DNA of 64,000 bases from Tubiluchus corallicola. Its lineage: Eukaryota; Animalia; Priapulida. Position numbers and translations under genes: made by a program. Shown piece after piece: positions 14,001 to 27,400 of the stretch; position 1 is the stretch's first letter; each line of letters opens with the position of its first letter. The notes beneath the pieces are model-generated. The model worked only from the letters and a program-made list of their open reading frames with translations. It was not told where the DNA came from and did not search any database. The stretch lies in contig JAQGDQ010000078.1 in NCBI GenBank assembly GCA_030141605.1, forward strand, positions 248,001-312,000. The letters are read 5' to 3'.

Positions 14001-17000
14001 TTTAAAGGTGCTTAACTCGTTACTTGAAGGAAATTGATGCTCAAAGGAAAAACCAGACCTACTCTTAAACTATAGCTCAAAGCAATCTACCCTACAAATT
14101 ATTAAAAGGAAAACATGCCTTCAGAGGTGTTTACTTGTGATGTAGTGCAAATGTTCGAGCTAAACTTAAAATTTGCAGAGCTTTTGTATATCACAGTGAA
14201 TATTGTATAGTAGCACTGTACTTCAATTTTCGCTTCTGCAAACACGTGCTGTTGAAAATTATGTTCACTTGCAATGTCATCACTAGTTGGGCTCCCCTGC
14301 CATTAATTAAGTTTTTAACCTATTATTTAATTACCGGGTTAATTATTTTATAAATAATCATTTAATTTAATTTTTTATAGGCGTTAAAATATATACTTTT
14401 AAGGTACTTCAAAATTGAGTGGGATGTGAAAAATCATTATGTTCTCCTTTAAAGACAGTACCATGCTAACATGTAGATATTTGTTGTAACAGCTAGTAGC
14501 AAGTTGATGTATATAAACTGGTATTCTATTGCTAGTTATAATTTAAACCTTATAGGTATCTGTCAGTGATGTTATGAGTGAACTTGAAGCAGCTGATTTT
14601 GGTGAATTGGTAAGTAACAGTTGATGCCACCTTGAAGACTTTGTTATTATCACTTAATGATAGGTAATTATAGATCGCTCGGGGTCAGCCAAATGATAGC
14701 TAATGATTCTGCTCCTGCTAATTAGTCTTATTATAGATAATTGCTACGACTCTTCACATTTGGTTAATTAAACGGCACTGCTAGATTGCAATGCTGCAAA
14801 TGTATGACATATTTTGAAGTAAAGAGGATCAAGAGACAAATGATGTCTCTTGTGGCATAGCGTAAAATAGTTGTTGCAAATGCATTGATTCTTCTGTTTT
14901 TCAGATGTAAGCTCTGATACTGGACAAATATGATATTATCGTTGATGTTGATCATTTGAAAAATTGATCATCGTTTATTTTTAATTACAATTAATGGTTA
15001 CTGCCACTATTTTCTTTTTTTATTATTGATGTATTTACATATAAGCATCAATTAAATAGTGTTATATTGATTAATAAAGCATTTTCAATATTTACAGTCA
15101 GATGATCATTATGATTTACGTCGACAGTATACGATATTAGGATCTTGCTTATTTTACAAGGTTTGTCCTTATTTTGTCCTAAAAGAACTGAGAAACTAAA
15201 GAGAATTATCTTTTGATGCCTTATGAAATTTCTAGAGCATTTTTTGTGTTACCATATAAAGCACTTTTAGCTTATGACATTTTCTTGTGAGCTTTGCGTT
15301 GTCACTTTAAGCATTTGGAAGTAATCATTATTTTTTTGGAAACTGTGTTTTGTCGAACTATCATCTCTGTTATCATATAACTTTGAAAAGTGAAGCATCG
15401 TGAAATGATGTACCCATTTGCCCAGTTCTGGTTTATTGTTATGCTATAGTGTACAAGTACATGGCATCCCTTGGTAAACTTATTGTTAGATATACTGAAA
15501 ATGTACTTTCTGAAGCTTTGTAATTAGCTCTGTCATTGTACTTATTTCATTGTTACCTATTATCTGCTGTTATTTTTGTTTATTTTCACACATTTTTCAG
15601 AGTTATCTCATTGCCAGCCATTTACCTAAAGAAGATTTGCTAGACATCTCACTATATCTACATTATCATCAGCTTTTGATGGCGACATCAGCCGAGCCTG
15701 TTGGTCAGATTGTCATTTGGAAAGAAGTATTTCCGACACGGCGCCACCAGGGGCCCGATGAGCCCGTAATAGCCGGTTATACTGAACCAGACGGTCGCTG
15801 GTTTCTTTTAATTGTGGGATTGGTAATTATAAGTAATTTGCATTCTACATTCCATACATGCCTGTATATTATGTTCAATTCATTTTCATTTCATTTATTA
15901 AATACATCAACATCAACCATTAGAGCATAGTACTTCAAAAGACTTCATGAATTGGTAATAACATATTTGTAATGTACCCAAACTGCCAAGCTGCAAATGG
16001 CTTATGGAGTGCTCAAGGAGTAATTACTTGTTGCGAGCACCACGTATGAACGCAGATTGAGGAAAAGAAAAAGTAAAGAAGCTGAAAAGAAAAGTAGAAG
16101 GAGAATAGAAAGAGAGAAAGATGTGATGGTAATTATATGAAGTGACATGTATAAATCGGCATTGATGGATCCCACCAGGGACAGTGGAGTTAGTCAAATT
16201 TATTTATTCTATATAATTAAAGTCATTATCCATGTTGCCCATCATGTTTTATAAACAAAAGTGTTTATCCATTACCTACGGTATCTTTTAATATATGTAT
16301 AATAATAGTGGTATATAATTTCTATAATTTTTGGTGTGAACTAAAAAAGTGTGTCATTTTTGTGTGTATTAAAAACATTATTGCCAAAAGTAAACAAATA
16401 TCTAATATCGTTTGATTACCTATTACACATTGTCATTAATTTGTTCTTGATTATCTAAGCACATCTGTTGTGGATTAAGATGCTAACCATGAAGTACTAG
16501 ATATTTTCAGATCAAACTTATACTAGTTAATGTATATATATAAACTACTGCTGATCTCTTGTGCTCTAGCATGATTCTAAGCTAAGGGTTCTGATGAAAA
16601 GATTGATAATGACAAAAAATATTTGGGTGACATCTTGACCAACATATTACAAGATGATCTTCATATTAAACATCAATGTGATTTATTATGTGCGAGAGCT
16701 AATTATATTATTAGGATGTTCAAAAACTGTTCTGTTGATGTTAAGAAAAGATTTTTTGTAGCATTTTGTACACAGTTTAATTGCAATAGTCTCTGGTTTA
16801 ATCACAGTAAAGGAAAATATTGAAAGAATGCATATAACTATAATAATGCTATTAGAGGACTCTTTAATCTTTACCTATTCTAATTAACCCTTTCTTGTAC
16901 AGTCAAACCTCATTATACCGACCCCCCTTCCCCCCTTATAATGCCAGCCTCACCACAACGTCAACTTTTGCCCTGTCCCGATTTCCATAAGTATAGGGAA

Positions 17001-17818
17001 TACCGCCAATCTTGCCTACCGTTATCCGCCAACGTATCTGCCTTGCCAAAAGTCTATTGAACATAATAAATTTGCCCTGTTATAGCACCAGCCAAAATAA
17101 AGTACAATGAATTACTGTTGAAAAACTGCCATTGCATTGCAGAAAAATAGTCATTTGTAAAAACAATGATCTTTGAACAGGAAAACAATTATGGTGTTTA
17201 AATTAAGGTTTAGGTCTTGTTAAAGATGACTGTATGAAAGTGAATGTTGAGGTTTTGAACAAGGTACATGCATTTTAAGAGTGCAAGAGCTGCGTAGCTA
17301 AGCTTCAGTACTGAACTGATGTGAATTTATATGTGGTGGCTATTTATAGTCATAATTGTACAGTGATGTTAGGTTGGGAGTGTGGGTGGGTCGCGTGGCT
17401 GCATATTTTTCTTATCAGCAGGAGGCTAATTAACGGTATTTCACAAAGTTACTTCTCCACATTGTGTTACATAAAAGTTTTACAGTGTACCAGTAGAACG
17501 ACACCTGCATTGTTAATGCAGCAAAAATATACATGTATTCTTGTAGGTACAATAACATTATACTATTTATCACATATTAAAATTAATTAGGAAATAAAAT
17601 AGAGCTCACACAACAGGGTGGCTTTGATATTTAACGAACCTTGTCTTACCTCCAACCCGTAATTAGTAGTAGTAATTTAGTGGTGTCCCAGACCTGGCCG
17701 TTATAAAACGAGGTTTAACTGTAAATAAGCTTGATATGTTTCTGTAAACTAACTCTGTGTTTTTACTTATGCCTTATTTTTATTGTTCTAAGGACTGTAA
17801 ATGTCTGAAATAAAATTA

Positions 17819-17868
<50 letters not shown>

Positions 17869-20800
17869 CTTTCTGGTATTTCATGTTTTTAATGCATTCA
17901 GGTGGTATTCATCAATTTCATGTCCTAATGAGGGGATTTTAGTTTTGTCTGCTATTTTAATCATTTCATTAATTTAATCAGCCAGAATGTGGTGTCAATC
18001 AGAAGGCAGATAAGTCTTGCCTTTTCAGTTTTAACAACTAAACAACAAGTTCTGTTTCTGTTCTAGTTTTCTTTTAATAGTAAACTACTGAATCTACAAG
18101 CAACAACATTGGTAGACCACTACTTTTTGTCTTTTATGCAGGAAAACAGTATATTAGCAGTGCTATTAGAAGCTGGCGGTTGCACAGCATTAGCGGAGGG
18201 GAATCCAAAACCGGATCCGTTCTACGTGGAGCATGTAAAAAATGCTTTGCTGCAGATACAGACCGGAGAAATGCCCGTCGAGTGTGAGAAAAAGCATGTG
18301 AATTATTTTGATTCTGAAATATCTTTTGTTGAAGAGTCATTACCTTGAAAATATTACACATGGAATCTGGAATTTTGTTCTGTTTGTTAAGTTTTTGTAC
18401 ACTTTTAAAATGCCTCATGCTAGCAACCATTTTATTGCTTTTTTATACTTTATGTACATCTTGAGCTGGAATTCGGCATTCATTGGCAAAGTCTACATAC
18501 CATTGTAGTATCTTGAGCCTATATCCTATGTTCCCCTGAATGAGCCACTGAACCAACAGGGTTGCTTTGGCGATTCGGATGTGAATATGAAACAAAACTC
18601 CTTCTACGAAGGAGGAAGGCTTATTGCGTAATATATTCTGATAATAAAAGAATCATTATCAAATATAAGGTATTACAGTTTGTTTAAAAAGTCTAGTTTG
18701 GAAATTGTGAAACATTTTCTCTATATATTTTTTAACAATCGAATAAACCAAAAGTGAAAACTGAAAAATCGAATAACCGAAACTGAAGGTTATTTCCAAT
18801 ACTTTCATAATGTACTATGAAGTAAACAAATTGTTTTTGCTTTTTCTGTATATAAAGAATTTTAGTTGTTTTATCAAGTATTTTTAATCATTACTGATAT
18901 CACGTTAATGCTGTATTTTATATTTTATATAAAGGCTTCATTCTCCTAACGTGCCTGCTATTGCTGTTGCTGATTCTTTTTCTAAACGAACAAGTAAAGA
19001 AGAAAAGTTCAAATCACAGATTCCTGCCAAACAAGGTGATAATAAATTCTATATCAGTTGCTCAGTAAGCTTGAGTAGTCAAGACATTTTTCATATTATT
19101 TTTGTGTTATTGTTAATGTTAATGTTATTTTTCAAGTTATTTTTGTGCTATTGTTAATGTTAGTGTTTTTTTTTTTTGTTTTCAATTTGTTCTTCAGTTT
19201 TAATGTAACTTGAATTTGCTTTGTTAAAGGAGTTTTACCTGTGCAAAGGTCTGTGTCACCTGACATGCCACCTTCTATATTGAAGAAACGACCACTGTCT
19301 CAACAAAGCTCCCCTGCTTTGCTTGGTATATTATTTTTTAATTGTACTCGGCAAAAAATACTAAAACATTGTTTAGTGAGAAGAGTTTTCTTGTTAGTTT
19401 TTACATGTTTGGTCATGGAATCAGCAGCGTTAACACTTGATACGATTTTCTCTGGAACTGAATTTTGTTCTACTGGGTATGAGATGAACAGGCTACCATT
19501 GTGTGTAGATCAGTTTGTTTAATGCTGAATTCTATGTGTAGATATCAGACGTCTTATCAGAGCCTCTTATGTTGTTGTGGAAAATAGTCTCAGAGGCAGA
19601 TTTAAATTTTCATTTTATAATTTAAACTGTCTCATTTTGGTTTGAACTCAGCTTAATAAACTATTTGAACTATTGAAACTATATTACTAGAATATTTTTA
19701 GTACAATAAATATTTATTTGTTGACATTGCCATTGGCTTCAGTTTTTCTAAACTGATTAAAATCAGCTTTAAAATCAAAAGTAACTTTTAAAGTAAATTC
19801 TGCATTTGTAGACGTGTGTTTGTTTTTGTTTGCTTTCTTTATTGTTGAAATAACGATTTGGAAATTGTCTGCCAAGCACTTTTATTAGCTTATCTTTCTA
19901 CTGTAGAAATTTAGCTTTTGTTTGCATGGTTAGGTTTAGACAATCGAGATTCTGATTCGCATAGCAGCATATCTGCTGACAGTTCATTTATTCAGCTGAA
20001 AGATGCTTTGACATACGAGCAAAAACGTCTCAGAGAATCTACTGGCAACTTGTCTAAGGTAAAGTAGTCATTTGACAGCAATTTTACACCAATTTTAAAA
20101 TTATGTTGTTCTGACATGTATAATTAAATGAAAAAAACTTGCCTGCAAAGTTTCTGTTTTTACACAGGGTGCCAAAAGGAAAACAAATTTGGTGAGCGCA
20201 GCCAGCCTGGCTTCCCTGAAGAGATCGCATGCAGATCTTTCACTTGGCAGTGGTGAAAATTTGACAAGGTATGTGATCAAATGATGTAGTAGCAGCTCAA
20301 AAGTAAAGCTTTTGTAACTAGTGTGAAATTCATGTTATGATTTTACAATAATTTTTTATTTTTGCTGTGCGGTGGGCTTATTTGTTAACACAAACATTAG
20401 AGACCACACTTTGCTCATTGAGTGAAAAAGAGTGCAGTAAATACAGTTGATTTTAAGTGCACAGATATACAACTAGAAAATGTACATACAGTAGTTGCTG
20501 CTTAATAGACTCACTTTGGGATGGACATGTTTCAACCTAATTAATCAACTGAATCCATTAGCCAGCTGATGTAGTATTACCAGTAAAGAAGTACAAGTCA
20601 TCACTCTTCGCTTAGTATGCACTGCAAAGGGTGCTAGAGCTTAAAATATGCAAAGTTGCAAAGAATATTGGCGGACCACTGCCGCTTCATTAGCGGCATA
20701 ACAGCAACTGTTAACTGATTATATGTTCTGTGAAAAGCAGCAAGAGCTTCAAAAGGAAACTGCTAGGCAATGATTAAGTGTTAGGTTCCATACATTATTG

Positions 20801-23406
20801 GGCAACGAGGTTTGATTGCAGCGGATGAGCCAGTGACAGATTTTAAGCAGAACCACTCATGATATTAGAGCATGATAAATGTACCGGCTTACAAACAAAA
20901 CGGTACTTAACATGATTGTTTTTACATATATTATAGTACACAAAAGTGAACAAAGATGACATAAAAGTAGTAGTAAAAGCTCTTTGATCACACGACAAGT
21001 GTCTTATTTTAAGTACTTGAAGCAAAAATTGGGTGAATTATGCACAATTTTTTAGTCAATTGCAGTTTTCATGTACATTGAATAGGAGTGGCCTGTACCG
21101 GTCATTTTTTAGTCAATTAAGTGACTCTATTACAAGTGAATCTCATAAATGGTGTAATAATAACTGTAGTTATACTTGACACCAATGGCAGGCAGTTCAT
21201 GCACATAACATATGTGCTACATGCACTCTAGTTTCCAGAACATGATGATCATTAGATCTCACATGTAAGCCTTTCTAACAACTAAACTAGTTTTCACATT
21301 AGTGACAAAAGGGCTAGCTGACAGTGCAATGATGCAACATTTTAGCAAAACTACTACATCTTCTAACCAAATAACTTAGCCATACACAGTCAAGACATTT
21401 CCAAGAGAGGTTTGTGCTTGTATTATGTTGCAAGCAATAATCTTCCTAAGAAACTAAATTTTCCTAAAAACTTTACCCATTGCAGACCAAGTTTTTTAAC
21501 TGTTGAAAAGTCAACATTTTAATATAGATCTGATTTTAGGCTTCAACACCCTTACTACGAACTGCGAACTTTCATCATTCTCCCAGAGTTCCTAGCTGAT
21601 TTGGTATTTCACCTCCACCTGACAATTTACACCACGTTTAAGAATATTGTTTAAGGAAAAATTGCTGTGAATAAGTGAAATTTTGTGTGCCAGGTCTGAT
21701 TTAAGCAATTTTGACTGTATTAGATTTTATTGATAACGAAATTAACTAATGCAGTCGTGTGACTTTTACAAGCTGGAGACTTTAAGGACTTTGCCTTTTA
21801 CCTTTTGCCTCTTTTTCTTTACTTGTTTCCTTGCTTTTGGTTGCATACTGTGTATTTGTTCTCTTACAGTTGGACAACTATTAATGACTATAATTATTTA
21901 AATAGTCGTTTAAGCATGAGAATCAATTACAACCAGAAATTTATGATTAAAGCCAATCTGTCACGTTGATACCTAATCACTACCAATTTCTGTAATTCAG
22001 ATTGACACGAGGTAGCGAAAATGTGCTATTTCATTATGTTACTATGGACAATGCAGAAGGAACATTTCTCTGCCCAATTTATGACACTTCAGACTGCCCA
22101 CTTCACAAAGAAATTGTGGATAATTTTAATGCTTGTTGCATGGCTATCAGAACAATCTTTCGACAATCTACAAAGGCTGAAAAGCAAAAGGTATTCATTT
22201 GCTAACCCATTTGTTATTAAGATATGGATTGATGCTTATTTATCTGTAATTTTGTCCATCTGTAATATTAACGACTTTATCCATTATTATCCAGTATGCG
22301 ATATTGCTAACTTCTGTTTAGTTGATCAGAAATAAAAATGATGCAAACTACTTTCAAAGGTAAACATATCTGTTATGAAATTCTGTTTTCTTTGGCAAAT
22401 AGATAAATAAATATTGTGCATCGTGAGTTCTAACTATTGGCTAAATTTTTATAAACAAAACATATCTAGAACAGTCTTTTGAACAGTCTCTTCACTGCCT
22501 GTATGGTATCTCCCATCGTGAAATGCTATTCTGACCAGCCTGCATGATGAGATTATAGACTGCACCGTCATGCTTAATAGACCAATTAACTGATGCGTAT
22601 GCCAGTAGCAACGATACCTGTACATACCAGGCACATTTACGAATCGGGCTAGTGAAACTAAACAGTAGAGCTGTCTTCTGATGGCCAAAAAGTTAATATG
22701 TAGACCACAAAATGCCTGTAGCCAAAAATATTGATTGGGGGTGCTGATGGCTGTAATAGTTTTGACAGTAAAGCTGATATAGGAAAAGTTACATAGTGAA
22801 AGTTGCAGTAATCTGTGGTTTGCAGTAAAACCTGTAGCATTAGTAACTTTTTCTTTTCTTAAAACATGTTACTACAGCAGCTACAATACAAATTGCACAG
22901 CAGCGAAGAAATTAAAGACTGTCATTCATTAATTTATAGTTATAGCTTTGTTTTTAGCAATCTGATGGTGGCAAGTTTAACCCAGACACTGCTTTGGTAG
23001 GACTGAGGGAATATGGCGTACGTTTCTCATGTCCTGCTGACACACGACTGGCAGAACACAAGAAAGGAATGGCTGAAATTGACTACTGGGTTGTAGGGTA
23101 TGTGATTACCACTGTTTACAGAAAAAAACATTTCTGCCGAAGTTGTAAACCAAGTGCTGTCAGCTGTCATTTTTTTCTCTTAAACTGCTGCACCGTGAAT
23201 AAGAATTACAGATGTTAGTGTTAAATAATAATAATATAAATATAAATAATAAATTAGTAAATAAGTTAATCTTTGTATTTACTTTCGACTTTAGGAGACT
23301 ATTTGATGAGCCCTGTCCAAGAGAAGTCTACGTGTGCTATGCAGCCTCAGCACCTCAAAACATGGTAGAATTAGCTTTCAAATTGTCATTTGGGATATTA
23401 TTTTGA
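8037..23406 (+). CDS. INTU: Inturned planar cell polarity effector (CPLANE subunit); 5'-partial, 15 coding exons in window, ~678 aa from the end of the PDZ domain through three longin domains
   Basis: Exons read by hand: 8037-8228, 8977-9089, 9919-10008, 12947-13232, 14556-14609, 15098-15160, 15601-15822, 18142-18293 (GC donor; alternative GT donor after 18281), 18935-19035, 19230-19325, 19934-20058, 20168-20268, 22001-22190, 22958-23097, 23295-23406 (TGA). Phases join in frame. Peptides match recalled INTU motifs: [69 protein letters not shown]...PDPFYV, LTRGSENVLFHYV, YWVVGRLF...EVYVCY...VELAFKLSFG. AATAAA near 23694. Confidence 0.95.
9523..9665. repeat. Short tandem repeat with a ~42-bp unit, about 3.5 copies
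   Basis: AAACT(G/A)..TGTGGTGTGTTAAGCA.AATAAA.TTGAAGGATG repeated in an INTU intron. Confidence 0.85.
16610..16880 (+). pseudogene. Degenerate 3' fragment of a non-LTR retrotransposon ORF2 (CR1-group, L2/Crack-like)
   Basis: Translation KKYLGDILTNILQDDLHIKHQCDLLCARANYIIRMFKNCSVDVKKRFFVAFCTQFNCNSLW...YNNAIR resembles the RT thumb region KYLG..DD.DI.RQ...LY..AN...RKF..CS..VK..LF..YC. It carries a stop codon. A matching 3' tail (GGAC..GTCTGAAATAAA + (TAA)n) lies at 17790-17866. Confidence 0.8.
16900..17721. mobile_element. Tigger/pogo-like MITE with TA TSD
   Basis: TA|CAGTCAAACCTCATTATA ... TATAAAACGAGGTTTAACTG|TA. Related shorter pieces occur at ~51301-51435 and ~55321-55418. Confidence 0.8.
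17820..17866. repeat. (TAA)n microsatellite, probable LINE 3' tail
   Basis: Follows GTCTGAAATAAA. Confidence 0.85.
20880..21131 (+). repeat. Dispersed repeat with a second copy at ~63345-63601
   Basis: Shared blocks ACAAACAAAA.GGTACTTAACAT.ATTGTTT, AAGATGACATAAAAGTAGTA and CAAGTGTCTTATTTTA. Confidence 0.8.
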
Positions 23407-23791
23407 CAGTGTAAAGTACAGTCAGGTTTGTTGTTTAATATTTCTCACCTGGGAAATTCACTCTTGCCATATATGCTATACAGTGTGAGTGGTGCTAGTG
23501 ATATGGTAAACAGTGAACCACAATTGTGTAATAATCTCTGTATTTTTAACTGTTTTTGGACTATATATTTTTTTAACTCAATTCCTACTTTAGCTATGCC
23601 ATTTTTGTATTATTGGTACACTTTTTATATTTACATATGTATATTATATTGTGATGTGGCCTGTACTTGTATTATTTAAGTATAAATTTGATAAATAAAC
23701 TTTATTTTTATTGTCTTAAAAACATTCATATTATTACAATTGCATTAATTATAGAGATTCTGAGTAGATATAGATGTAGTGAAATTTGCTG

Positions 23792-24299
23792 CAGTGACGT
23801 AAGTAGAACTTGTGGTGTCCAGGGCATCACTTGAATTCGATGCCTGTCACAGGCCTCATAGAAAACCTTTATGTAGGAAGATTCTAGATTAGTAAAATTT
23901 TACAGTGTTGCTTTGCTGTTTGATAAGTTCGAAAAGCGACAAAATAAAAAAGTACTAATGCAAACATTTATTTAATAAGAAATAAATTCACCTTACATGT
24001 TTCAAAAGTTAATATGGTTAAAGGCTTCTTCAAATGTTAATGAATTGAAAAGGTGCACTGTAGAGAAATGTTGAACGCAAAGTCAAACTGTGTCAGCAAT
24101 ATAATAATGATATTGAATTACTAATTATCATCTTCTTTGATAACTAGCGGCTGGAGGCACTGTAAGGGGTGTTTTCATGGAAAATTACTGTCAGGTGTTT
24201 CGCCTTTATTGCTCTGACAGAATCAACTTTTCAGTACGTTTGATCAAAGTGCCGCCCGGGGTGGACCGCCCCCTCCGTCCTCCCTTAGCTATGCCACTG
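23792..24299. mobile_element. hAT-like MITE between the convergent INTU and anoctamin 3' ends
   Basis: Degenerate TIRs CAGTGACGTAAGTA / TAGCTATGCCACTG and a GC-rich subterminal GTGCCGCCCGGGG..CGCCCCC; flanked by the direct repeat (G/T)TGAAATTTGCTG. Confidence 0.65.
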
Positions 24300-24440
24300 T
24301 TGAAATTTGCTGGAAATTTGCTTGAAACATGTTGTCTAACACACGGTTCACATTTCCATAAACAGCGATCACTTTTCATTAAACTGGTTCTTCGAGATAC
24401 CACATGATCGTTATTGTCAGAAATTTAATCTATAAATTTG

Positions 24441-27400
24441 CTAATAAATTTCTTCTAAGTCCACATTTCCTTGTCTAAACATGCTGAGTTTTTGCTTTAG
24501 TTCTTCCTGAAAGCTCTCTGTCAATGGCAAGTCTAAACCAGTTTCATGTGAACTAAACAGTCTCAATGTACTGAGAGATATTGCGTCCTTATAGCTTTCT
24601 CTTTGTGCTAATATCCACTCTCTCCACGATCTCTTTCGACTTGATTCGCTTACAACTGATTGAGCATCCACGTCCGCGATCCAGGACCGGGTCAACGAAC
24701 CACGGGGCGATAAGCCTAGCTTTTTTATAGTTACAACAGAGCTACAGGTTGTATCTGAATCACTGTGGCAAAATGTGTGTTTGGTGGCCTCTGAAAATGC
24801 TCTTTCCGGTCTTTCATCAAAAAATCTATTGCTGCAAGTTTCGATCTTATCGGATTTTATCGACGTTCCTAGATCAAATGCACACTTCTCGGAAGCTTCA
24901 GTTGTCTCTGTTTCAGTGTCTACCTCGTTTGTGTCAATTATTTCAGTAAAAAGATTTTGTTGCCCTTTGCTAAGACATTGTTCATCATAAGCTGCTTGAA
25001 GAAGTTCTCCTACTTGTGGTAGAAGTGAGGACGAAGAGTCAGCTCGTTTGTAATTATACACAGATTTACTATCATGAAGCCATGCGGAATGTTTGCCATA
25101 AAGCGGTAAAAATTCTGCTCCAGCTGCCGTTGTTGCACTTTTATTAGGAGTAAAGGTTTGCCCATTTATCGTTTTAGTTTCCATGTCAGAATAACGATCA
25201 CCTTTATCATGTGGAATAATTAATGATTTATTGCTGTCGTTGCTGTGTGTGTCATCAAATGAACCAGCTAATCCATATACAGATGCAGTTTTAGCAAGTT
25301 GATAAGATTTTCTTTTGCTATGCGCACTACTTTTAATGGCACATTCAATTTCTGCTGAGCAATTTTCTTTAAAATTTACTTGTCTTGGACTGTTCTTGGA
25401 TTCGTAACATTCAATTTGTATGCTATTACTTGAACGAGACTGTGTGTTTCCAGGTAATTTATTTGTTTCCGATAGGACTTGATTCAGTGATACTTTGCTG
25501 TTTTTGTTTAAATTTGCCAATACAACCTTTCTTTCATTGTTTGCACAAGATTTCAAATCCTGTGATTCTATTATATATGGTTCGTTTGGCAATCTAGACT
25601 GCTCAGTTACGTGTTGAACCAAATTTTCTGTGGGGTTTTCCTCTGACGTTGTGTATAAAGGCACTATGTACATTTTGGAAACCCGTCTAAGATGCTCTGT
25701 AATACAAGACATGGCAGAAGATGGAGGTTCTTGAGGTAAATCTGCCCAAGCTGTACTTTGTTGTGTCTTTACTATGTTCCGCATCCATGGGAAGTGGTAG
25801 CTCATGACGGACTTACGATGCTTATGTCTGGACTTCCTTCTTCCAGATGGAATAGACGTGCTATTGAGACTAGAGATTCTGGAATATAAAAACAAGGCTT
25901 AATTTACCCTATTAAAAAAAGCAATATTCAAAGTACACAAATTTTGTGCTAAAAGAATACAGTTTGTGTTTTTGAAGTATATATGAGGCTTTAGTAATGA
26001 AGCAATAACTAATTAATCATATAAACCGTGTAAATATTATGAGTAATTAAACACAGCAACACAGCAACAAGAGGAAAGAAGTGCACAGCAGATGACAAAA
26101 CAGGCATCAAAAATGTCAGAAAGTCAACTAATGACACTGCACATGAGTAACGACAGCAGTAACACACGTGTACATGGTCACGCACATGTACCCGTATCAT
26201 TTGTTACTCTTCTATCCAGCGATTGTCCCGAGGAAACCTGTGGATCATCTTTGCTACAAAGTAAAATAACCTTGGTGCTATTATTTTATCTATCACGAAA
26301 TTGCTTCGTTTTACCATATCGTGAGCTATTCTTCAATATAACAATTCATATCCATTTATACAGTCGTTACATAGATACTGATAGCAGGTAATACACAGGG
26401 CCGGATTATCCTATAATTTAGTATAGGTTGCAGCCTAGGGCATTTTAAGCTTGGGGCCCTCAAGCTTTGGTAACATTCTATTTTTTCGCTACTATGGTTA
26501 TGTTTAAATATGTGCTAATTTGGTTTGCAATAAATAATAAAATAGTGGTATTTCTTAAAGAATATTTTTGTTGACACAACATGGCTTTTCTATGTTTATT
26601 TAAAGAATTTGCAATTAAGTTTATTTCAAACTGTGCGAATATTGCTAAAATATATCATGAATAAAAATATTCAATGCGGGTGCAGGTATGTTAGAGGGTA
26701 GCTCCATCATTAGCCTAGGCCCCCAAAAGGTCGTAATCTGGCCCTGATAATATGAGATACTTCAGCCTTTTTTGTGATGTATTATTATTTGGAAAGTTAC
26801 ATAAACTATTTATTTAACCATCTTACCTTAGCTGCTTCTTGTTTTTCACATCACCGACTTGGTTTTCCAACTTGCTGACACTATTTCTAAACTCTGTCGT
26901 TGGTCGGTCTCCAACGTTCTCTGTGTCGCTTATATTGTCCTTGCTGCAAATGTATTGAATGCAGTGCCATAGAGTCAAAGTAATATTTACATAGTAGCTC
27001 AATACGATTTCTCTCACTAAACTACAAACATTACACTTGAATTACAAATGTAGGCAAACTAGTAACCACATTTGTGTTATTTTTTAGTTTCTTCATTGCA
27101 TTACTCAGTTGCATTTTTATTATTTTACCTTTTTTCTGCCGAGTGTGTCATTTTCTCTTGAAAACTATTTTCCATAATTTCTGCCTTTCTACTGTTCGTG
27201 CCATCATCACTCTCTTTGTTAATTTTTGAAAGACTGTTACCATATGCCAAATTTCCTCTACTGTGAGCCGATTCTAAGATCCTGTTTATTTGGTATTTTT
27301 CCTGTGCAATAATTATACATAGATTAAAAATCTTAAAAAATAATCACAAAATTATATAAAGTAAAATAGGTCTTCTGAGTTATTTACGAGATGGCACATT

